In this document: positions 24,374 to 35,610 of the stretch, one piece after another
Position numbering within the stretch: the first letter of the stretch is position 1
Layout: every line of letters starts with the position of its first letter
Assembly (NCBI RefSeq): GCF_000143415.4
Contig: NW_003314333.1
Coordinates: forward strand, 571,207-635,206
DNA from: Selaginella moellendorffii
Taxonomy: Eukaryota; Plantae; Lycopodiophyta
DNA: 64,000 nucleotides
Direction of reading: 5' to 3'
The notes under the pieces: model-generated
Database searches by the model: none
The model's input: only the letters and a program-made list of their open reading frames with translations
What the model was told of the DNA's origin: nothing
Made by a program: the position numbers and the translations under genes

Positions 24374-24605
24374 TGTAAGCTCCTGAGTCTAGACTTCTTG
24401 AGAGGTCACCCAACCCAGTACTATTCAAACCCAAGGACGCTTAACCCCAAATATCCCAAGACCCTTAACCGATTGGAAAAGGGGGTGCACTCTTGTTCAT
24501 GGGCCCTTTCCCTTTATATTTGAACCCCATATATTGTCTCTCAAGTCGTTCCCTTTGGTTGCTTACAATCCACCACGTTTCTGCTGCGCCTGTGGTGGAT
24601 TGTAA
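24374..24605 (-). mobile_element. Cassandra LTR (24374-24567) plus PPT remnant and a 14-bp fold-back
   Basis: Same LTR sequence with the 5S segment. ttacaatccaccac (24563-24576) is inverted at 24592-24605. Confidence 0.85.
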
Positions 24606-24607
24606 AT

Positions 24608-24707
24608 CTAAACCTAAACCTAACCCTAAACCCTAAACTCTAAACCCTAAAACCTAAAACCTAAACCCTAAACCCTAAACCTAAACCTAAACCCTAAACC
24701 CTAAACC
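24608..24707 (+). repeat. Interstitial plant telomeric repeat tract (CCCTAAA and variants)
   Basis: About 15 imperfect CCCTAAA/CCTAAA units. Confidence 0.9.
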
Positions 24708-25919
24708 AGTTGTAAGGAACCAACTCGCCGAGGTGTCGTAGGTTAAAGGAACCCCGAAAGCATGACCAAAATGACAAAGAGTTCATCGGATGGGACCAAG
24801 TTGAAGATCGAGTCCAAGACCGGCTCTAAGACTGAGTTCGAGATAGAGTCCGGAATCAAGTCTGAGACCGACTCGGGGACCAAGTTCGAGTCCGAGTTCG
24901 AGACCGAGTTCGAGACGGAGTCCGAGATCCGAAATCGGGTTGAGACCGAGTTCGAGGTCGAGTCCGAGGTCGGGTCCGAAATCGGGTCCGAGATCGAGTC
25001 TGAGATCGAGTCTGAGACCGAATCCGAAGTTGGATCCGAAATCGGGTCCAAGATCGAGCCAGAGACTAAGTCTAAATACTAATACGGGTCAAGGGGTGAA
25101 AGCCCAAAGCGTGCGTCTCCCAAGGGGGGGGGGGGGCTGCAGGGGGTTCCAAAAGTATAGTAGAGATAGTGAGGTCCAGAAACCAGTTTTGAAGGGACTC
25201 TCCAGTGGGGCTTCCAAACCGACTTGAGGTTGAGACTGAGACCGAGGGGCCTTGGGTGGGAGTGAGCATGGACTTGGTTGGTGCCGGAGGGGCCATCCAA
25301 GGAAGTGTTCAAGAACAGCTCCCACTCCCGAAAGGGAAACCGATTGCGGTGCTCCCAGCTCATGTGGAGTGGTGCCCCACTTGAGTACCATGCGGCTCAT
25401 TGGTCCTCACCCTGCCTAGGGGCTTGGGCCTTTCTTCAGGATGGAAGTGGGGGGGTAGAGGTACCTATACCGGGCCGCTAGGCCACGGTGTTTCGCCCCA
25501 GCGTCCCGAAGCAAGTGTTGCACTCAAGACTTGGGATTTAGAGGGTCCCATGATCAAGTCTTATGGTACCAAGGGATGTTAGGAACCTAGAAGCGTGGTG
25601 TGCTTGGCTGCTTGTGCTTGCGGGGAGTGTAGCCGAACCTTAAGTCCAGTCTAACCCGGGGAGGGGGATTGGGAGTGATTTGGGAATCCGTGGATGGATG
25701 GGTAACACTCCGTTGCTCGTGCAGTGAGTAGCTGAGACCAAGTAGGAGTTGGTACCATAGGCAAGAACCTTGGCAAGGGAACTTAGCAAAAGCCAAGGCA
25801 GTGTTGGACGGATAGACGAGGTAAGCTGGCAAATTGGAAAGGAAAAATTTGTGGCTTACATTTTGGTATCGGAGCCTTTTCCTCAGTTCTAGCGAAGGAT
25901 AGAGGCGGATTGCTGGGAG

Positions 25920-27628
25920 ATGGCAAGGGCAGGGCGTAATCGAACCAAGGTGGAGACGGAACCTCCGCCGGAGCTGGAGCCTCCGGTCAAACAAGAGGCT
26001 ATGGATGAGGAATCCTTGCATGAGGAGGACTCCAGTGAGGAAACTTCCAAACAGGAGTCCGGTGGCGAGGTTGGGTCGTCAAAGGCTCGATTGGACGTGC
26101 TAGAAGGAGAATTGGCACAGACCAATACCCTGCTAGAGACTCTCGTACGCAAGTTAAAGCGTGACAAGAAGCGGAAGAAAAAGCGAAAGACTACGGATGC
26201 TGGTAGTGCAGAAGGTGCGGACCCTTCGGCAGGGACTGAGGCAAAACCAGACAAGGTCGAACAGACCGAAGTGGAATCAATCCCTCAGGCAGTTCCCAAG
26301 TACAAACCAAAGCCCCCACCGATGTTCAAGGGAGTGAACGACTATAAGGTTGTGGAGGATTGGTTTTACGATATGGAGGACTACTTCCGAGCGTTGCGAT
26401 TACCGAGCTCGGAGAAGGTCTCATGTGCAAAACCATACTTGGCAGATAATGCCAAGTCTTGGTGGAGAACAACAGAGGCCAACAAAGGACCGGTGGCCAC
26501 CTGGGACATGATGAAGGCCTCGATCCGCGCAACATACGTTCCTCCGAATGCCACTCTGCATCTGAGAGATGAGCTGAGTAGGCTGAAGCAGACTGGAACC
26601 ATCCAGGAATATGTGAATGGGTTCATGGCAAAGAGGATACTTGTCACGGACATGGGGGATATGGATGCGTTCCATGCCTTTATATCAGGTTTGCAAACCT
26701 GGGCTCGCGGTGAAGTGATGCGCTGGAACCCGACCAACTACAAGGAAGCATTGGATGCGGCCATCAAGGTGCATTTCAACGATAACCTGCGAAAGGGGAA
26801 CACGACGGGGTTAGTTTAGCAAAGGGGCTAAACCAAGGGGAACGTATAGTAGGGGGAAATTCAAAAAGAGTTTCTCTAAGAATGAGTCCTCGGGGTTCCG
26901 GAAAGGCAAATCCGGTGGCCAGCGAGCGAGTATGTGGGGGAGTCAAGCGAAAAGAGAAAAACCCACGGATAAGAAGGTCAAGTCATATAGCAGCGTGGGA
27001 AACAACGTATGCTACAACTGCGGTGAAGCGGGACACTTCTCGAGGGAATGTCTCTACCCGAAGAAGGCCAGAGCCAATATGGCCATCAAGTCAGGTGAAG
27101 TCCAAACTGAGGTATGTGATCCAGTCCTTAACTCAAAGTTGCTCATTACACGAGCAACTTTGGTAGAGAGTCGTTCGCGACATCTACTAGCCCTCCGAGG
27201 GAAGCTCGGAGGTAGCTTTGTTAAGATCCTTATTGACACGGGTGCTTCGGATAATTTTGTGGCTGCAGACAAAGTCCGGCAAGCCGGACTAACGGTGCAG
27301 CGGCTAGGCGAACCAAGGACTATAGAGTTTGTTCAAGGTAGCCAAAGCACCGATGAGGTACTTCGACAAGCGAGAGTCGAAGTAGGGACATGGAAAGTAG
27401 ACATGGATTTCACCGTGTTGGACATAGCGGGATTTGACGTGATCTTCGGAATGGATTGGTTCAATCGGTTCGTGGTAGCCCTACATGGACAAGGTAGGAA
27501 CCTTGTGGTACTGGCGAATGCCTAAGGAAGAAGATCTAGGGTGGAGGCCCAGGATCTAAAGGTAGGGCAAAGCAAGGCCAAAGAATCCTACTTAAACTTG
27601 GTGTCCACAAGAGGACAACTCACTAAAG
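25920..27628 (+). pseudogene. gag: Chromovirus gag-protease (frameshift near 26810, stop at 27523)
   Basis: Capsid motifs (AKSWW, LKQTGTIQEY), CYNCGEAGHFSREC, LIDTGAS. Confidence 0.9.
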
Positions 27629-28375
27629 AAGCTCTATTTCGTTAAAGTGGGAATTGTCATTATCTCACTTGTAAAATAAGGTTTCCAAACCTTTATATAG
27701 TATATAAATATAACAAAATTCAATTGCATTGAGGCACATGCCATTTTATTTTAAACAAGGAAATGTCTACTCAATCACTTCTCCTCCCCCTGCCACTATT
27801 TCACCTCTCTCTTCTCCTTGTCATCGTCGTCCAATTTCTTTCCATCCTTTTAATATTGGCTCAGTTGCTTCGAGTCTAGGTGGAGCCCAAGTCCCCATTC
27901 AATCTTTACTTTCCCCTTATTAATAAAACAACTTCGTAGACTTCCAATAACATGCTGTAACACTTCTAGTATAATGCAAATCCTCTCAAAGAATTGTCTT
28001 TTAATATTAATACAATGGCATGGAACCCCATGCCATAATAAGTTACATTTTTAAATAAATACATGCCATCTCAGAATGTTATTTTTTGCCTCCAATGCCT
28101 ATACAATAATCTTGGAATTTCATCACTCTCCACACTATCAGGATTTAAACCCAATAGTAATGCCATCTCTTCTCTAATACGTCCACGCTCATGTTCAGTG
28201 GTCGAAGAACCCATCCGGTTGAGCAGATTATGGAGATGCGGATAGTGCTTGGCTAGACAATATACATGCTATAAATGATGACTGGTGTCTGTCTGATCAA
28301 ATGGCTTCTGATATACCGTTCCATCTACCATTTGGTTGATTTCTGCAGCCACCTCCTGGACTGGCCGGTTCTCTA

Positions 28376-28930
28376 TCACCATCGCTCCAAGCCGTTTTGC
28401 AAGGTCCCTAGAACATACGGTTTCTTCTCCCTAGTTTCCATATTGCAAGAGATGGGGTGCACTGCATATATGTGCGTGTTCACTGCAGTTTTAATCAGCG
28501 AGTCATCGATGATGAGGATTTCACTTGACCTAGCAGTCCGGTTCATCACTACAGCCTCTGGCTTGACGAAGATGGGCTTGCTACCCCTCACATGGACCAT
28601 AGTCAAGCAATCCTCCTGCGTTAGGAGAAAGTCAAATGGTAATATTACTCGCGTCTGATCGTGCATCATCTGTAGCAACGTTAATGCATTGTGGCGCATC
28701 ATGGATGTCCAAACTCCCAATTGCAAATTGAACCCGGCCCTCTGTTTTAAGTGTCGCATGGTCATTATTAGATCCTGCAGTTTCTCCCGTGTGATTAATG
28801 TGAATCTGTCTCTTTTGACCAACTTGCGACCGCAGGCTTTGGAAGGTGCAGTGACATTCGAGGACGAGCCACGCTCATGGGAGAAAAGGACACCGTTCAG
28901 ATAAAAAACGATACAGTACCTTCGCCGTGA
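28376..28930 (-). CDS. FCP1/NIF-like HAD phosphatase domain (first Asp replaced by Tyr); probably a terminal exon of the cargo gene
   Basis: IVFYLNGVLF (DLNG motif I), LGVWTS, LLTQEDC, ILIIDDS motifs. Confidence 0.7.
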   Translation of the reverse strand, partial: SRRRYCIVFYLNGVLFSHERGSSSNVTAPSKACGRKLVKRDRFTLITREKLQDLIMTMRHLKQRAGFNLQLGVWTSMMRHNALTLLQMMHDQTRVILPFDFLLTQEDCLTMVHVRGSKPIFVKPEAVVMNRTARSSEILIIDDSLIKTAVNTHIYAVHPISCNMETREKKPYVLGTLQNGLERW

Positions 28931-30881
28931 CTCTAAAATGAAATGCGTCAGCATAAAAAATGGTACAAGTCAATTTTACCATCTACAATATTAGCAAATG
29001 GTGCTCCCAATGGTCGTTGAGAGGGTTTTGGTCGAGGAAACGTGAAGGGCGGAAATACTCTCCTTTGCAATATGGGGTCAATCGCATCCGATGGAGTGTG
29101 GGCACATGCCATTTCAGCTGTAGACTTTGGTACAACTGACTCAATAGTGGCATGGGGTGGTTCCGATGGCGTGTGATCACACGCCATTTCAGCTGGTGCC
29201 TCCGTTGGCAAAGTGGACATGACCGAACAGGCAGCAGGGGCGGTGTAGGGAGGTTCCAACGGCGTGTAGTCAGACGATTGGGCACACATTGAGTCCATTG
29301 AAAATGAGGATACGACCAGCTCGGCGGCTGGGGCGGCCTCATGCGGGTCCAATGGTGCTTGGTCACCGTCAGTTGGATACGTGGACAAGATTAACTCAGT
29401 GGTATGGGCAGCATCAAGTGGAGCGTGGTCAGCTTGCTTGGCATTGATATGGATAGTAGCCTCCACTAGCTCTGATGACTCTTGCAGGCAAGTAGAGTCC
29501 ACTAGCGGATCCATATGCATGTCCAAATATCTCCCTTCGATTGAGATGGTATCCTCCCGTGCTACTAAAAACAAACTCATTAGCACATTGAATCGACTAT
29601 ACTGTATTTACCATCAACTGCTATTGAGGAACTAGGATTGATATCACTTGGGCACACTGCTGATTCTGAAGGATTGAACATACGTTTCGACCTTGCTTGG
29701 CACTATCCTTCCTCGACACTAAAGGCTAGAGTTTGTATCTTAATTCAACTGAATAATCTCTACTTACCATTTGCTCTGCGACCTACATGGACAATGTTAG
29801 AAATGGTAAAAGGTTAGGAATGGATGTACTATTATTTACCTGATGGTTTGTCTTGTATGACCTTCCTCCGCTGCTCTTTGGCCACCTCAGGTTGGCCATC
29901 GTCGTCATCATCGTCGTTGTCGTTATTGTGATCGTCACCATTGTGAGGACCATCCATGTCCTCTTCGTCCTCCTCTTCTTTGTCCTCCTCTTCGTCCTTC
30001 TGCTCTTCCTGCTCATTATCTTTCTCTGGCTCCTCATCCCCCTCCTGCATTTCTTCCATAGGCTGCTCAGGCTGGATGGCTTGTTCTTCCAGAACCATCT
30101 TGGGAAAATCATCTGGCCGAGTCTCCATTTCAAAATACAAGACATCCATAGCCTGTTTTAGTGCGTGACCTAGGACTGTATCCTCACCCGACTGTCTTAA
30201 CATGGTTTCTGCACGTTCTTGCACCCTTCGAAGATGACGAGATGAGAAAAACATGGCCCTGACTTGAAAAGCATCCCTCATCCATTGTACCTCTCCATTG
30301 AGATTGGGGAAGGGGAGTCCGCCATAGGAATCTGAGTCAGGAGGTGGTGTCTGGCTGCTTTCACTCAGCCCTTGATCTGCAATGAATGGCATGAGCACAC
30401 ACGCCATAACCGCGAGGCATTACCTATCATCTTTTCGTTGCCCTTCTTCCTTTTCGAATCAAACACCTCTGATCCCGACGACTGTCCAACGTGCTTTCGC
30501 TTTTTATGACCACTGTCAGTTTGAGCTTGGCTGGTGCTTGCCTGTTTTGCCTTTGAAGAAGTGTCTCCTGCAAGGAATGGCATGAGACCACACGCCATTG
30601 CAAATATAATTTGTACCTCCTTTTTTCCTATTGCTTGTCTGTTTGTCCTTCTTCGACGCGCCACCAGTGCACTTTTCAATCCTCGTGTCTGAATATTCAC
30701 AATGATCTATAATCAAAATGGCGTGAGGCCTCACGTGACCTTACCTTGTGCAGGTTGTGAGCTCGGCCCAACATGGGTATCTTCAACAGTAGCTGTTAAT
30801 GCCGTTTCAGCATCTGGGGGTGGCCACGCTCCTGCATACAGAGCTTGTGAGATAACATTTAAACTTAAAGTGCGTACTCAC

Positions 30882-33680
30882 CAGGTTTGCAGAGAAGATA
30901 CTGTTTTTCTTTGGCAACTGTAATTATATGCTCCATTGAAGTCACCTCTTCAATGGAGTTTGTCACCGCAACACACGGAACACCCTTGAGTAGTGCGGCT
31001 CGAAAGAATAGTCCGCCGCAGTTGTACTTGACAACGCATTTGCCCTTGGAGTCGGAAGCAAGTGACCCACCCGCTATTGCATTGAAGACCCTGCTGAGCA
31101 TTTCCCATGCTGCACTTGGAGCTTTCTCTGGATTCGAAAGCTCCATAGCCGTCTTCAGTTCCTCAGGCACGGGTAAATTGACCTCCCTCAGATCAATTCG
31201 ATCGGCCTTGTCGAACGAAGTTGGGAAGTCACTCCAGTCCCACTCTGCTGTAGGACCAATAACAAGGGCGAGTGTGAAGATGCGGACATTCGTCGGTATC
31301 TTCTTCTTAGCCATTATCCCATGGATCTCCCGCATTTCCTTGCCTTTCAACCGAGCCTTCACCTCGTTCAATGCCTTCCAGAACTTGTGATAGGATTCAG
31401 AGTCGTAGATCATATAGTGGACTGAAGATTCCACCTCCGCAAGTCCCACCATTAAGTCAATGATGGAGCTGACTTCGTCTGCATGAGTGATCTCCTCGTT
31501 TGTGAAGTCCATCACACAAAAGATGTTCTTGACCTGCTCATCTCCGCGGGAAACGATGCTCCTCCACCTTTGATCCTCATCCGAATTCACGTATACCCGG
31601 TAAGGTTCTCGATAGGCCTCTGCTGCGGGGTCGAGCTGTTTCTGAAGCCGGCGGTCGACATCCCTCTTAATGAAATTTGGATACTGATCCAACTTCTCAG
31701 CTTTACTTTTCGTGGCATCCCGCAGCAGATCGATGAACTTGGGGGACCCCTTCACGTACTCATCGATGTCTTCATTTGACAACTCCAGCTCTTCCATCAT
31801 CTCTTGCGTGGTGTCGATGCTCACCCTCTCCACGGCCACTTGCTCGAAGATCCAATCCTTCAATAGCGCACGAGCTCTCAGAGTTGTGCACAAGTCCTCG
31901 TATGTCACAATATGGCCGGGAGTCATTTTGGTCTTGTTGAAGACTACCTCACCACGTAGAAGAGCATTAGCCACTGTCAGAAGGTCGTCGTCGTCTAGAG
32001 ACCGCGAGAAACGCAAGGCGTTGAGCTTCAAATCATTGGGCTTCCGGCCGTCCTCCACACCCATTGAGTTTAGCAACTCCCCGTCATGGTACCTCCTCAG
32101 CACATCTACCCATTTGTCAAAAACAACTTTTGTCGCAAGTAGAATGTTATGGATGCTGAGTGTGTCATTGACCCCCAGTGTTTTCAAGAGAAGACTCGAG
32201 AATTCCTGCAATGGAAATGGCATGAGGCCACATGCTATGCCACATGCAACGAGGCTTACCTGCCAGGCGCTAGTTGCTAGTGCACATCCTTGTCCTGGTT
32301 TTTGTGGCTTCTTCAGTTGAACCCAGAGCTTCCATGTTCGTGCTAATGTCTCGTGCAGACTCGATTTGTAGCACGTTTCTTGCTTGACATTCTGCGCGTG
32401 GGAGATGTATATGATAGATCGGAGGGGCGAGTTGCCTTTGATCAGGCGGACAACTCTTGTCTTGAAGACTTTCTTCACCTCCTCGCCCACCATAATATCC
32501 ACAACTATCTCTTGCATCGCCAAGCTAGAATGCTGCCCGGAGACGGCATAGAACCGGATGTTCTGATCGTCCAACACCTTCCTATTGATCAAGTCTGGAA
32601 ACCTCATCTCGCCCTTCATTGTTCGGTAGTAGGGGATCACGTCTGCGATGTCAGGTGTTACTGGACTTGCCAGCATCTTCTGCTTCAGTTTCTCCACCCA
32701 CTCATCAGATACTAGCCTGTGGTTGTATTTGCTTTGGATGTCGATACGGCTCACGTCGATTTTATATACTTTGTTGGAATAGTAACAAGTACTATTATCT
32801 GCGACGATTTTTGCTGCCTCTTCTTGCTCTTTCTGCTCTTTGCGGCTCTTCTTTTTGGTGGGTGTAGTGTTCGAACCCGAGGCAATGGCATCACCGAGTA
32901 GCTTCTTTTTTGGAGCAGGAGAGTCGGACGTTGGCTTGAGCTTGACCACCCTTTTCTGCTTTGGGGTAGTTTCCAGATCGACCCCCTTCCCCTTCGCTTC
33001 GCGAACTGGAGGCACTCTCAACGGCTCAATGTTGGAATATAGTTTTTGAACATCGCCGTAAGTGAGGTCCGTGGATTCCATGTGATCTTCATAGACCCGC
33101 AGCATCTTTGAAATTGTGGGCCTCCTGGACAACCTTTCCCTAGCTCCCTCTAGGAATTCCTCATAGCCGCTGCCCCCCTCCGGGAAGCCGCTAGGATGTG
33201 CAAGGTGGATCTTGAAGGCGGATGCTGTCTCTACCACAAGTGCCAGTCCATATTCTTGCATGGAACTGCATGGAGTGTCTGTCACTTGGATGAGGATCCC
33301 CATGCATTCTTTTCTCCCACCATCTGTGTTATACAGCCTCGGATCCTCGCCTTCCATCCCGAAAGTCCAATTGGTGAGCTCCTCCCCCTTCTTTGCATCC
33401 ACATTGACAGTGGCTGGAAGAAGAATGCAATTCCTCGCCTGTTCAGAAATGCACAACAATTAGAGCTGACAGATGAAAAGCTAGCAGCTGGAAATAACGT
33501 GAGGCCACACGCCATTCACCACTACATCAGATGTCTTGAGGCTGCATCCTAAGATGGCTTGAGGCTACACGCCATCTGTAACCGGACTGCATTCGAGAGC
33601 CCAATCGGTGCATGCCAATGTTGCTACTGAATGGCATGTGGCCTCATGCCATTTTCTACTTGGCCTAAAAGACTTACCAT
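30882..33680 (-). CDS. Cargo gene main exons: ParB/Srx-like domain followed by a degenerate beta-class DNA amino-methyltransferase-like domain; small exons continue towards 28.4 kb
   Basis: ATG at 33680, then GT-AG intron 33439-33677 and an in-frame 54-nt intron 32206-32259. IDVSRID..NHR...VEKLKQKM...YAVSGQHSSLA resembles ParB. NPEKAP...VVKYNCGG..FRAALLKGVPCVAV resembles the C-terminal SAM-binding half of N4/N6 MTases. Confidence 0.6.
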
Positions 33681-35610
33681 TTGAAGCCGAATGGAGGCGT
33701 GACAATCGAGGCCGGACTCGCTGGCGAATGTGCACTGTGTGTGCAGCGGATCGTAGCAGCAAGGCTACTCTGCCACTTACAGTTGGAGAGTGGCGCTGAA
33801 ATCTCTCGGGACGCCAAGTGGGCTGCGTGTGGGTGGCGGCGAAGTTACAAACTGGGTGTGTCTTGAAGTGGACGCCGATGCACACGAGCACGATGCAAGC
33901 ACAATGCGAGCGCGAGTGTGATGCAAGCGCGAGTGGATGCCGATGCACATGAGAAACCTGTAGAGAAGGTAGATGAGCGCGAATGTGAGCGTGATCGCAA
34001 GTGGGAGCGCGATGCGAGCGCGAGTACGAAGCAAAATGCAAAACTTAACCTCACACGCGCGAAATGTCACGACGGTTGGTAATCCCGCAACGTCATCATT
34101 CCTGGGACTTGGGCGCCACCATTAATTTCTGGATCGCCGCACGCATGCATGCACATGAAATCCAAAAGAAATCCGCAACGTCATCATTCCTCGGACTGCA
34201 TGCACGCGAAATCCAAAAGAAAGATCATGATTGGGATATTATTTAATACCCTCGCTATATTTATACCATGCATGATTGGATATTCCAAAGCATCTTGTAT
34301 TTCCAAAAATGCCAGATGTTCAACTAAATAAAGAATGGTATACAATGTCCTTCTTGATGACCCTGCAAAGAAGCATCTCGATCGGACACCACATGAGACC
34401 ACACGAGCCTTACAATGTTTCAGGGGCATTTGCCATAGATCCGACCGTTATTTTGCTCCAAGATTTTACATTTTGGTGTGCATTGACCTTTCCATCGACA
34501 CTGCAAAGGGACATCACAATCAGATGCGGGATCACAAGAAACCAACTTCACTAACTCTGGTTTCACCAAGATCTACGTAAGGAGTTATGAAATGAAAGGA
34601 CCCTCTCTATTGAAATGTGTTTATGGTCCTGACATATCAAAGGATTTTGCATCAAGTTCTGTATTTGCATGTTTATCAAGCTACTGAATTGCTAAACCCT
34701 AAACCCTAAACATGTGGCAAATGCTGTGTGAAGAAAGATGCCCTTTCTAGGCAAATGCTGTAAGAGGCAGATGCCGAGCAGTTACACGGCGAATAATGTT
34801 GGCGCGGATCGCTGACATGGCATGGCAAAGTTCGAATCACTGACATGGCACAGCTGGATCGAGGCAAGGATATGATGTGATAAAGTTCAACCTCCGACAG
34901 CAAAGTCTAGAAGCTACTCAGTTTGAAATTTGTCAGAGGAATCATAAGATCTGGTTTGTCAGAGGATTTGATGTGACGTTCAAGCGTGTGTTATTTTTGA
35001 ATTCTCAAACTCATTCCTAGGTCTATCATTTTTGTGTGCCGTGTTCTTGGTTCCGCTGAGCGCAGTGAGCACTGCTTGTGTAAGCGGCGTTGTGAGCTGT
35101 GGTTTATGCGTCTACAAGCGGTTGCAGCATTGCGAGCGCCATTGCGAGCGGCAGTTTATGCGAGTGGCAGTTTGTGCGAGCGGCGCTACAAGCAGTTGCG
35201 GTGTTGCGAGCGGCGCTACAAGTAGTTGCGGTGTTGCGAGCGGCACTGTCTTTGGTGTGGCTACCGCTTCCTCTTGATATTCGGCATTTGTGCTTCCTGG
35301 TATGTTCACCATGGAATGGCTTAGGACCACATTTAGAAATGGCATGAGGCCACATGCCATCTTGGGCCCTTGCAATTTCATGGCTAGCATATTGTCATGT
35401 ATGTTTTAACTTGCCTGCAGCTGTGTGTATATCAAGATGGCATGAGGCCTCATGCCAATTTTGTGAATGCGAAATTTCACGTGGGTGTCAATAGCATGTT
35501 CGAATAATGGCATGTGGCCTTATGCTATTGAGGTTGTTTGGTATGTTATGATTTAGGCCATTCTCCAATCATTTTTTGTATGGTCTTAACTTCTTTTCTG
35601 CACTTTCAGA

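Noticed and set aside
24743-25082. Glu/Ser/Thr repeat ORFs (also 43575-43889 and 23856-24074)
   Set aside because: Translation by-products of hexamer tandem repeats inside LTRs.
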